DNA of 52,378 nucleotides from Candidatus Nanoarchaeia archaeon (GTDB taxonomy: Archaea; Nanobdellota; Nanobdellia; JAQUSD01). Location: positions 1 to 52,378 of the forward strand of contig JAQUSD010000003.1 in the NCBI GenBank assembly GCA_028715295.1. Direction: 5' to 3'. The number at the start of each line of letters is the position of its first letter. Position 1 is the stretch's first letter. The notes under the pieces are model-generated. The model was not told the DNA's origin, did no database searches, and saw nothing but the letters and a program-made list of their open reading frames with translations. Shown one piece after another: positions 15,328 to 23,967 of this stretch. The translations under genes and the position numbers were made by a program.

Positions 15328-18015
15328 TTAATTTTTCCAAAATTCCCTCGTCCTCAAATAATTTTTCTCTCTCCTAATTATCTCTTTAATCAATTCGTCT
15401 TCATTTTCATAATCTCTGCATAGAATTCTATAAGCATTTGTCGCCCCAACACCCACACCAGCAAAAATTAAACAGGTTTTTTTGCCGTGTGATAAATATA
15501 AATGTGCTTTTTTTTCTAAATCTTTAGCTATTTTGATATCTTCACCAATAATTTTTTTATTTTTTACGATTTTTTTAACTATTTTTTCAAAATCTTTATA
15601 TTCAGGGAAGAAGGTTATCAATCCCGAATCACATTTTATACAGTTTATCTTATCTTTTGCAGAAATATAAGTATTTTTTCCAAGGTATTGTCCACATTTT
15701 ATACAATAAAACCTAAACACTTTATTTTTTAATCGGTTTTTTACATGTTCTACCACTTCCTTGTAAGCATTTTCAGGGTTTACAAATTCATTTAAATGGA
15801 ATTTTAATGAAAATTCACCAAATGGAGAGACATTACCATCATTTCTTTCAACCTTTATCAGCTTTTTCCTAATTTTTTCAAGTATTTTCTCAGAATTTTC
15901 AATATCCATATGCTTTTTTATTTCTTCATTGAAGCTTTCTTCATAAACTATGCTGTCTTTATAAATTTCTATCAGCTTTTTCACAATCCTCTTATTGATT
16001 TCAGCATTTTTTTTCAATACCCCGCAACGTTTTGCAACATTTACAAAAGTCCAGTTAAAATTTGAATTGTTTTTTAGAGACAGCTTCAAAATCTCTTTAA
16101 GCCACCCTTCACCTATGTTTAAAAGTGAGGCATTAATAGCATCAAAATTTCTGTCAGGGAGTCTGATTACAGCGCCGTAAGCATCAGATTTCAAAGCGAT
16201 AGAAATTCCGTATTTTGATGATAGAAGTGCTGTAAGAGCTGTATAGAGCGTTTTGTTGATTTTAGTTCCAAAAGATGAATGGACTACTAAATATTCCCCA
16301 TTTATCTCTAAAAAAATTCTATCAACGGAGTGAAGGAAATATTTTTTTTGTCTATCAATGAACTCGTCTTTAATTTTGCTTCTTAATTCATCTGCTGTTT
16401 TTGCTATCAAATATGGAACAGGAATATTTTCTCCATCCCACACAGGAATATTATTGCTTGTTGCACCAATTCTTATTACAAATATCCTATCTCCATCAAG
16501 CTTTGTGACTCTCCAAGGCTCCCCTCTACATACAAACTGCTTTCCAAGTTCAATATTCTCTGCTACAAACTCTTCGTCTAAAACACCTATTTTTGAGTTA
16601 TTCTGCTCATTTATAACAAAATATGTTTTTATTGAGGGAATCATGCTTAAATTGTCATAATAATACAACATGCCTTTTCTTGTTTTGCCAATAACATCCC
16701 CAAATTCTCCAATTAGATTAACCTGTTTCATGAAATCAAGAATTTTCCTAAATTCTTCTTTAGACAAATTCCTATAAACATGAGATTTTTTTACTGAGTT
16801 ATAAACAAACTCTATTTTTGGGTCTCTGAAATCCATACAATATCCTACAATCCCATGGATAAGCACATCATACGGCTTTTCAATAATCTCAAGAGTCTCA
16901 AGATTTTTGAGATTTTGGACAATTGAAACAGCTTCAAGGTAATCATGCGTATTGGTTGTTAATAAAATCCCTTTTGAAACCCTGTCTTTTGAATGTCCTG
17001 AACGTCCAACCCTTTGAATCAAACGCGTAACTTCTCTTGGTGAAGTAAACTGGACAACAGTTTCTATATCTCCCACATCAATACCTAATTCCATAGAAGA
17101 AGTGCAGACTATTGCTTTAATTTCTCCTTTTCTAAACCCGTCTTCTGTTGAAAGCCTACTCTCTTTACTCAGGCTTGAATGATGAACTTCTACTTTTTCA
17201 TTTATCCTTTTGAGTTTTGAACCTAAAAGCTCAGCAGTCTGCCTTGTATTTACAAATACAAGGGTTGATTTTGAGCAGTTTATTATTTCATTTATCTTTC
17301 TAACAGCCCACGCAACTTCTTTACCAACCCCTTGTTTTTCAGCATATTCTAAATCCTCTCCTTCAGGATTTGCTTTAAGAACTTCAATGTCATACTTCTT
17401 GTCAGCATCAAGTCTTACAGTCTCACAGTTTTGAGACAAATAATCCCTTACACCGGAAATATTGCTCACAGTTGCTGAAAGCCCTATTTTCTGGAAGTTT
17501 GGAGATAAAAGTCTCAATCTTTCCAATCCAATGCTTAATTGGGCCCCTCTTTTATCCCCAGCCAATTCGTGAATTTCATCTATAATAACATACTTCAGCT
17601 TTTTCAGATGTTCTCTAAGCCGTTTTCCAATCAATAATGCCTGTACAGTTTCAGGAGTTGTAATCATTATTGAGGGAGGATTTTTACTTTGTTTAACTCT
17701 CTCGCTTTGTTTTGTATCCCCATGCCTGACATCAATTTTAATACCCAATTTTACTCCCCATTGAACAATCCTGTCAAATATGTCTCTGTTGAGAGCTTTA
17801 AGTGGAGTAATATAAAGGCATTTTATACCTTCTTCCTTATCATTTATTAAGTCATTAAACACCCCAATCATACTGGCTTGTGTTTTTCCATAACCTGTCG
17901 GAGCAGTGATAAGAACATCCTTCCCTTCATGGACATGTTTAAATGAGACTTTCTGGTACTCAAATAAGTCCCCATATTCTTCTCCAATTATTTCTGTGAT
18001 TTTAGGATGTAACAT
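15328..18015 (-). CDS. lhr: Lhr-core ATP-dependent DEAH/DEIH helicase
   Basis: APTGYGKT, DEIH, GLSAT, HHSSLS, CTSSMELGID, QRVGRSGH; C-terminal CxxC...CxxC. Confidence 0.95.
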   Translation of the reverse strand: MLHPKITEIIGEEYGDLFEYQKVSFKHVHEGKDVLITAPTGYGKTQASMIGVFNDLINDKEEGIKCLYITPLKALNRDIFDRIVQWGVKLGIKIDVRHGDTKQSERVKQSKNPPSIMITTPETVQALLIGKRLREHLKKLKYVIIDEIHELAGDKRGAQLSIGLERLRLLSPNFQKIGLSATVSNISGVRDYLSQNCETVRLDADKKYDIEVLKANPEGEDLEYAEKQGVGKEVAWAVRKINEIINCSKSTLVFVNTRQTAELLGSKLKRINEKVEVHHSSLSKESRLSTEDGFRKGEIKAIVCTSSMELGIDVGDIETVVQFTSPREVTRLIQRVGRSGHSKDRVSKGILLTTNTHDYLEAVSIVQNLKNLETLEIIEKPYDVLIHGIVGYCMDFRDPKIEFVYNSVKKSHVYRNLSKEEFRKILDFMKQVNLIGEFGDVIGKTRKGMLYYYDNLSMIPSIKTYFVINEQNNSKIGVLDEEFVAENIELGKQFVCRGEPWRVTKLDGDRIFVIRIGATSNNIPVWDGENIPVPYLIAKTADELRSKIKDEFIDRQKKYFLHSVDRIFLEINGEYLVVHSSFGTKINKTLYTALTALLSSKYGISIALKSDAYGAVIRLPDRNFDAINASLLNIGEGWLKEILKLSLKNNSNFNWTFVNVAKRCGVLKKNAEINKRIVKKLIEIYKDSIVYEESFNEEIKKHMDIENSEKILEKIRKKLIKVERNDGNVSPFGEFSLKFHLNEFVNPENAYKEVVEHVKNRLKNKVFRFYCIKCGQYLGKNTYISAKDKINCIKCDSGLITFFPEYKDFEKIVKKIVKNKKIIGEDIKIAKDLEKKAHLYLSHGKKTCLIFAGVGVGATNAYRILCRDYENEDELIKEIIRREKNYLRTREFWKN

Positions 18016-18113
18016 AAGTTGTTTTAGATATATGCCTTTATTTATAAAGGTTATCCAAAATAAAAACCTCCAAAAACCTAATCTTTTTATTCAGCCAAGC
18101 TGAATAATATGTT

Positions 18114-19394
18114 ATGGAATATGATGAGGTTTTTAAAAGAGTTCTGAAAGAGATTAATCCAAAACAATCAGAGATAAAAAAAGCAAACCAGGTTAGCATA
18201 GAACTTAAAAAAATTCTTGAAAAATCCGCAAAAGAACTTAAGATTGATTGTGAGATTTTTCTTGGCGGTTCAATTGCAAAGGGAACCTGGCTTTCAGGAA
18301 AGCACGATATCGACTTTTTCATACGCCTTAACTCAAAATACAATGATTTATCACAATACGCAGGTATGGTGATTTCCAATGCATTATCAACCAAAAATTC
18401 AAAATTCATTATTTCAAAAGTCCATGGCTCAAGAGATTATTATAAGATGGATTACAGGGGTTTTGAAGTTGAATTTGTTCCTGTACTCAAAATCTCAAAA
18501 GTCTCAGACTTTTTAAATATAACAGACGCCTCGCCCTTCCATGTTAAATATGTTCAGAAAGAACTAAAAAAGAACCCTAAACTAAAAGAAGAAATACTTC
18601 TGCTCAAGCAGTTTTCAAAAGCAAACGGCTTTTATGGGGCTGAAACATGGATTTCCGGTTTTTCAGGTTATGTTACAGAACTTTTGATACTCCATTACGG
18701 TTCTTTTTTTAATCTTCTTAAATCAGCATTAGGATGGAAGGGAAAGATTTACATTGATACAAAGAAGTATTACAAAAGTCTTGGAGAAGCTATTAAGAAG
18801 CTGGACAAGTCAAAAACACGAGGGCCTTTAGTTTTAATTGATCCCGTACAAAAAGAAAGAAATGCAGGAGCGAGCATAAATCAAAAAGCACTTGATAAAT
18901 TCATAAACTCAGCTGAAAAATTCCTTGAAAAACCTTTGGAAAACATGTTCAAAAAGGAAAAGATAACAATAAAAGACTTAGAAAAAACAGCAGAAAGCAA
19001 TAACCATGAGCTGATATATTTAGTTTATAAAATTAAAAGCAAAGCAAAAAAAGATGTTTTCTTTGCAAAAATGCAGAGAAATTTAAGAAAATTCAGCGCA
19101 TTTATTGAAAAAGAGAATGTAAAAGTGTATAACAAAGGAATTCTGCCGTCTGAAACTAACCTTTATTTGTGGCTTGAAACAGAAAAAATAACCTCTCTTA
19201 AACCTTATGTTCAGATTGGGCCTTCAGAAACCCGCAAAGATGCGGTCAAAAACTTTAATTTAAAATGGAAAAACCATCCAAGAACAATCAAGGGACCGTA
19301 TATTAAAGACGGAAAAGTCTGCTTTGATGTAAAACCAAGATATAGAATCTTAGACACCTTAATAAAAGAAGCAAAAAAATTCTCTAATTTATAA
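18114..19394 (+). CDS. cca: CCA-adding enzyme, archaeal class I
   Basis: GSIAKGTWLSGKHDIDFF, SPFH, YGAE, GFSGYVTELL, LIDPVQKERNA. Confidence 0.96.
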   Translation: MEYDEVFKRVLKEINPKQSEIKKANQVSIELKKILEKSAKELKIDCEIFLGGSIAKGTWLSGKHDIDFFIRLNSKYNDLSQYAGMVISNALSTKNSKFIISKVHGSRDYYKMDYRGFEVEFVPVLKISKVSDFLNITDASPFHVKYVQKELKKNPKLKEEILLLKQFSKANGFYGAETWISGFSGYVTELLILHYGSFFNLLKSALGWKGKIYIDTKKYYKSLGEAIKKLDKSKTRGPLVLIDPVQKERNAGASINQKALDKFINSAEKFLEKPLENMFKKEKITIKDLEKTAESNNHELIYLVYKIKSKAKKDVFFAKMQRNLRKFSAFIEKENVKVYNKGILPSETNLYLWLETEKITSLKPYVQIGPSETRKDAVKNFNLKWKNHPRTIKGPYIKDGKVCFDVKPRYRILDTLIKEAKKFSNL

Positions 19395-20078
19395 TTAAAG
19401 CATTTTAGTTAAGTCAAGAAGCAGAACCTCTTTAATATCTACGTGCTTCATAAACTTTTCAGTTGATTCTCCCGCCCCCCCAACAAGTTCATTGAATGCT
19501 GGGACAAGAATAATCTTCTTCTTTACACCATGAAACTCGCACTCACCAATAAACCACGCTTTATTTGGGGTTATTGATTCAACCCGGTCCCTTAACTTGT
19601 ATTCCGGGTGCACATGTCCAGCAATTATAATCTTCACTTTACTCATCATTTCCTTGCTTGGGAATGCATGTCCATGTATAAATCCAAAGCCACCCAGAGC
19701 CTGCTCCTTGATTATTTTAACTTTGACTTTTTCTTTCCTTGCTAAGTCTTCAAGCCCGGCATCATGGTTGCCTCTTACAATAATTATTTCTTTGAAAACG
19801 CTTGAAAGCTTTTCAATGAAAAAGGGGATTTCATTCTGCTCCTGCCAGCTTATCAAGGGTATGCTGTGTTTAAAGTCTCCAAGTATCATGAGACTTTGAG
19901 ACTTTGTTCTTTTACCTATTTTAATGAGTTTTTCAAGCATTTTAGAGGTTTGAGACACAACCGTTATGCCTCTACGTCTTAATTCTTTCTCAACACCAAT
20001 ATGCATGTCAGCAACAATAAGGGTTTTTCCTATACAAAAGGAAGCAGTATTTTTGTTAAATCTTACCTTCATAATCAT
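19395..20078 (-). CDS. Metallophosphoesterase, COG1407-like (Lhr-associated MPE type)
   Basis: ADMHIG, LGDFKH, GNHD, HGH, GHVHP, PAFN. Confidence 0.9.
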   Translation of the reverse strand: MIMKVRFNKNTASFCIGKTLIVADMHIGVEKELRRRGITVVSQTSKMLEKLIKIGKRTKSQSLMILGDFKHSIPLISWQEQNEIPFFIEKLSSVFKEIIIVRGNHDAGLEDLARKEKVKVKIIKEQALGGFGFIHGHAFPSKEMMSKVKIIIAGHVHPEYKLRDRVESITPNKAWFIGECEFHGVKKKIILVPAFNELVGGAGESTEKFMKHVDIKEVLLLDLTKML

Positions 20079-20377
20079 ACATATCTCAGGACAAGTTTTC
20101 TTGAAAACTCACAGTCCTCTTTTGAAACCCTGCCCTTTTCAAGAACAATGTTTAGGATAACACCAATTCTTTTTATCTCGTCTTCTGTAAACTTATAACC
20201 GCTTGCTTCTGAAAGATGTTTAAAGTCTTCTAAATCAGAAATTACTCCTGTTTTCTCAGCCATCTTAATTTTTAATGTTTTTAAATACAGGAAACTCGCA
20301 GAAGTATATTTTTTAGCTTTAAAATATTCTTCAGCCATTGCAAAATAATCAACATTTTTATTTTCAATATCTTCCAT
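20075..20377 (-). CDS. Small helical hypothetical protein (TPR- or HEPN-like first helix pair)
   Basis: YFAMAEEYFKAKKYTSASFLYLKTL; ATGA overlap with the downstream phosphoesterase. Confidence 0.6.
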   Translation of the reverse strand: MEDIENKNVDYFAMAEEYFKAKKYTSASFLYLKTLKIKMAEKTGVISDLEDFKHLSEASGYKFTEDEIKRIGVILNIVLEKGRVSKEDCEFSRKLVLRYV

Positions 20378-20431
20378 ATCTTTTTCTAACCAAGCAATAT
20401 CTATTAAATCTTTTGTTATTATTTATTTTTT

Positions 20432-20935
20432 ATGGATTTAGAGCTGATGTGCACTTCAGGTAAATGTGGAATTTGCTGTTTTTATTATTACAAAAACAAA
20501 GGATACCATATTGCTTTTGAAAAAACAGCAAATACAGACAAAAAATTAAGTGAATTTATAGAAAAAAACAAAGACAAGATAATGGAAAACATTTCAGAAA
20601 TTGGGACCAAATCTTATTTTACAGCAATAAGAAAAGACGCTTATATTCTAACAAAACACGGGGAACGCTTTTATCCATGCTCTTTTTTAGACATAACTAG
20701 AAATGAAAACACAAAAACAATTGAAACCATCCTGTGTTCAATACATGAAAGTGATTACCGTCCGGATGTATGCAAAAACAAAGAAACTTCTAAAAACAGC
20801 CAAATTGAACCTTGCTGGGCTTTATTTTTCAAGGAGATTGCATGTATTGTTGTGAGTAAAAAACTATACAAATTAAATGACAATTTAATGGATTTATGCA
20901 GGTACTACGCGCATCTTTATGAAACATTTAAATAA
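20432..20935 (+). CDS. YkgJ-like CxxCxxCC Zn/Fe-chelating protein
   Basis: CTSGKCGICC ... PCSFL ... CSIH ... RPDVC. Confidence 0.72.
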   Translation: MDLELMCTSGKCGICCFYYYKNKGYHIAFEKTANTDKKLSEFIEKNKDKIMENISEIGTKSYFTAIRKDAYILTKHGERFYPCSFLDITRNENTKTIETILCSIHESDYRPDVCKNKETSKNSQIEPCWALFFKEIACIVVSKKLYKLNDNLMDLCRYYAHLYETFK

Positions 20936-20958
20936 ATCAGTATTATACCTTGTAATTT

Positions 20959-21507
20959 ATGACAGAAGAACAGCAGTGTCCATTTTGTGCAATAGCGTCG
21001 GGAAATATTCCCTCAAAAGTCCTTTACGAAGATGATGCTGTTGTGGCTTTTCTTGATATAAATCCCGCAAATGCAGGACACACAATTATTATCCCAAAGA
21101 AGCACTACGCTTTTCTTTATCAGGTTCCAACTGAAGAAATGGTTAAATTATTTGCAGTAGCAAAAGCTCTTTCAGTTGCTGTTGTTCAGGCGGGCGGTGC
21201 ACAGGGCATGAATATGATTTATTCAATGGGCCCTGCAGCAGGACAGAGGGCCCCCCACATGATGATTCATTTAATTCCTAGGTTTGAAAACGATAAAGTG
21301 GTTATTTCATGGGATTCTGCACCAGCAAGCGAGGAAAACCTGGTAAACATGGCTGATAAAATAAAGTCAACTTTAAGAAGCGGGGGAGTATCAACCCCAG
21401 AAACAATTGAAGCACCAAAACCAGAGCCCAAGCCTTCTGAACCTGAAAAACAAGATGAAGAAGAAAAGCCAAAAATCACATGGGTCCCTCCAAAAAGAGT
21501 CCCTTAA
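20959..21507 (+). CDS. HIT-family protein with degenerate triad and Pro/Glu-rich tail
   Basis: CPFCAI, FLDINP, GHTIIIPKKH, GQRAPHMMIHLIPR. Confidence 0.9.
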   Translation: MTEEQQCPFCAIASGNIPSKVLYEDDAVVAFLDINPANAGHTIIIPKKHYAFLYQVPTEEMVKLFAVAKALSVAVVQAGGAQGMNMIYSMGPAAGQRAPHMMIHLIPRFENDKVVISWDSAPASEENLVNMADKIKSTLRSGGVSTPETIEAPKPEPKPSEPEKQDEEEKPKITWVPPKRVP

Positions 21508-21598
21508 ACTAAAAAAAGTTTTAATATAATTGGATAATTTTTGACATTATGAATGGTACTAAAAAGCATTAAAAATCTTTCACACGTCTAAAATTATA

Positions 21599-22528
21599 AT
21601 GACAAATTACCTTGTAACTGGAGGAGCTGGATTTATTGGTTCTAACCTTGTTGACGAACTAATCAAAAGAGGTTATAATGTTATAACTATCGACAATTTT
21701 GATGATTACTATTCGGAGGATTACAAACTTAAAAATCTAAACCCAAAAGCTAAACTTTACAAAGGGGATATAACAAATTACGAATTTCTTAAAGTTGTTT
21801 TTGACGAAAACAAAATAGACGGGGTTTTTCATTTAGCAGCAAAAGCAGGAGTAAGGGCATCTGTTGAAAAACCAGGAGAATATTTTAATGCAAATGTTGT
21901 AGGAACAGCAAACCTTCTTAAGTTATGTTCTGAAAGAAAGATAAAAGTTGTATTTGCTTCATCAAGTTCAGTATATGGGGAGGTAGAATACATCCCTACT
22001 GATGAAAACCATCCTAAAAATCCAATATCTCCCTATGCGTTGTCAAAACTGCACGCAGAACAGCTTTGTGAATTTTATATGAACCAGTATGATTTTCCTG
22101 TTGCATGGACAAGATTTTATACAGTTTATGGGCCAAGAGGGCGTCCGGACATGGCCATTGCAAAATTTACAAAAGCAGTTCTTAAAGGGGAACCAATAGA
22201 AATATATGGGAATGGAGAACAGCTCAGGGATTTTACTTATGTCAGTGATATTGTTCAGGGACTTACAAAAGTCATGCAGCTTGGAGCAAGAGGGTGTTTT
22301 AATCTTGGAACAAGCCAAAAAGTAAGCGTTAATGACTTAGTAAAGTATATAGAAGAAATAGCAAACAGAAAAGCAAATGTTATTTACACTGATAAAAAAG
22401 AAGGGGATGTTTCAAGAACCATGGCAGATATAACAAAAGCAAGGGAACTAGTGGGTTATAATCCAGAATACACAATACAGTCAGGAATTAAGGAGTATAT
22501 GTCCTGGTTTGTAAAGAACAGTGATTAG
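21599..22528 (+). CDS. NAD-dependent sugar-nucleotide epimerase (UDP-glucuronate 4-epimerase-like)
   Basis: GGAGFIGS, HLAAKAGVR, SSSSVYG, YALSK, YGPRGRPDMA. Confidence 0.92.
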   Translation: MTNYLVTGGAGFIGSNLVDELIKRGYNVITIDNFDDYYSEDYKLKNLNPKAKLYKGDITNYEFLKVVFDENKIDGVFHLAAKAGVRASVEKPGEYFNANVVGTANLLKLCSERKIKVVFASSSSVYGEVEYIPTDENHPKNPISPYALSKLHAEQLCEFYMNQYDFPVAWTRFYTVYGPRGRPDMAIAKFTKAVLKGEPIEIYGNGEQLRDFTYVSDIVQGLTKVMQLGARGCFNLGTSQKVSVNDLVKYIEEIANRKANVIYTDKKEGDVSRTMADITKARELVGYNPEYTIQSGIKEYMSWFVKNSD

Positions 22529-22531
22529 ATT

Positions 22532-22741
22532 TTATTTTAGCCCTTCTAATACATTAAGAAGGTCTTCTTCAGTCAACATATCCTTTTTAGGATTCTTTTT
22601 TGATTTTTTGTATGCTTTTGAAACAATACCCTTAATCTCATTTTCTAAAACATCAATTTTTTCAGCAGTTACTTCTCCTTCTTGCTGTGCAACAAAATCG
22701 TAAATTTTTTTCCTTACATCCAGCCAGTTAATATAACTCAT
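22532..22741 (-). CDS. Probable histone-fold protein (short-alpha2 type), 69 aa
   Basis: MSYINWLDVRKKIYDF...EVTAEKIDVLENEIKGIVSKAYKKSKKNPKKDMLTEEDL; start at ATG 22741 supported by a promoter. Confidence 0.6.
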   Translation of the reverse strand: MSYINWLDVRKKIYDFVAQQEGEVTAEKIDVLENEIKGIVSKAYKKSKKNPKKDMLTEEDLLNVLEGLK

Positions 22742-22766
22742 ATAATTTTTATTTGTTAGGTATAAT

Positions 22767-22780
22767 ATTATAAATTTTTC
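22767..22780 (-). promoter_or_regulatory. BRE/TATA promoter of the histone-like gene
   Basis: Minus strand GAAAAA-TTTATAAT, 26 nt upstream of ATG 22741. Confidence 0.7.
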
Positions 22781-23967
22781 TAGAACACGCATCCGCTAAT
22801 CATAGTGTTGCATTCAGTTTTCATTCCAATTCCTATCTTGGAATCAGAAAGAATACGGCATTTTCCTGCAATAAATGCATTTTCACCAATAACAGAACAG
22901 GAACCTATCTCAGCATTTTCCATTATTTTTACATTGCTTGAAATTATGCTTGATTTTAACTCACAATCTTCTTTTATTTCACAGTTTTCAAATATTATTG
23001 AACTGTTTATTGTGCATTTATTGCCGATATTAACATTATCAAGTATCATTGAATAAGGAGTTATAAGGCAGTCATTTCCGATTTCCACATTTTTTCCAAT
23101 AACAACAGGAGCAAGGAGTTTTGTATTTTCTCCTATTTTAGTATTATCACCAATAATTATTCCTTCACCAACAAGAACACCACGATTCAGGAAGTTTTCT
23201 CCTATTTTTTTTATTTTTTTATTTTTAAGTTCATTCATAACACCTTTGTTGGCTTCAAGATATGTTTTTGGAGTGCCAATATCATACCACTCTTCTGAAA
23301 ACTCAAAACCATAAAGCCTGCATTTTCCAAGAAGATAAGTAAAAAAGTCACCAAGATTGTCAGCTTTTTTAACATCATTTATGAATTTAGGCAGAAGTTC
23401 GGTAATAACTCTTTTATTAAGAAAATAACATCCCGTGCTTGCAAGAGTTGAGGGGGGCTCTTTTGGTTTTTCAATAAAATGTATAATTTCTTTTTTATTA
23501 TTGATTTCAGCTATACCGTACAGTTTTGCTTTTTCTAAGTCTCCTAGATTATAAAGGGCGACAGTAGCTTCAGACTTGTTTTTTACATGGAATTCAGCAA
23601 ACTTTTTCGTGTCAAAGTTAATTATATTGTCCCCAAGCATTACAATACATTCTTCATTTATACCAGATTTTTTAACAGCGTAATCCATTGCTCTTACAGC
23701 ACCTAGTTTTTGATTGTTGTCCTCAGAACCCTCAATAACATATGTAAAATTAACATTATTATACATTTTATCAGTATAATTTTTTATTTCCTCATAAAAA
23801 ATCTTATTTGTGCATATCGCAATGTCTTTTAAGCCAATTTCAAGGATTTTATCAATACTATACGCAATAACCGGCTTTGAAGCGACAGGAAGCATATTTT
23901 TCGACTTTGTTTTTGTAAGCGGTTCAAGTCTTTTTGCAAATCCACCTGCCATTATTAAAGCCTTCAT
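22780..23967 (-). CDS. Sugar-phosphate nucleotidyltransferase with C-terminal hexapeptide (LbH) repeats
   Basis: MAGGFAKRLEPLT, LGDN, EKP, WYDIGT, then I/V-G-x-N/x hexapeptide repeats. Confidence 0.92.
   Translation of the reverse strand: MKALIMAGGFAKRLEPLTKTKSKNMLPVASKPVIAYSIDKILEIGLKDIAICTNKIFYEEIKNYTDKMYNNVNFTYVIEGSEDNNQKLGAVRAMDYAVKKSGINEECIVMLGDNIINFDTKKFAEFHVKNKSEATVALYNLGDLEKAKLYGIAEINNKKEIIHFIEKPKEPPSTLASTGCYFLNKRVITELLPKFINDVKKADNLGDFFTYLLGKCRLYGFEFSEEWYDIGTPKTYLEANKGVMNELKNKKIKKIGENFLNRGVLVGEGIIIGDNTKIGENTKLLAPVVIGKNVEIGNDCLITPYSMILDNVNIGNKCTINSSIIFENCEIKEDCELKSSIISSNVKIMENAEIGSCSVIGENAFIAGKCRILSDSKIGIGMKTECNTMISGCVF

Noticed and set aside
16885-19956. Restriction-site (GTCTC) avoidance as the cause of the motif distribution
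   Set aside because: GTCTCC/GTCTCT and their complements occur throughout the window; only the GTCTCA version is clustered. Manual scan, needs a computed check.
20075-20377. HEPN RNase toxin
   Set aside because: No R-x4-6-H motif and no adjacent MNT gene; the first helices fit a TPR equally well.
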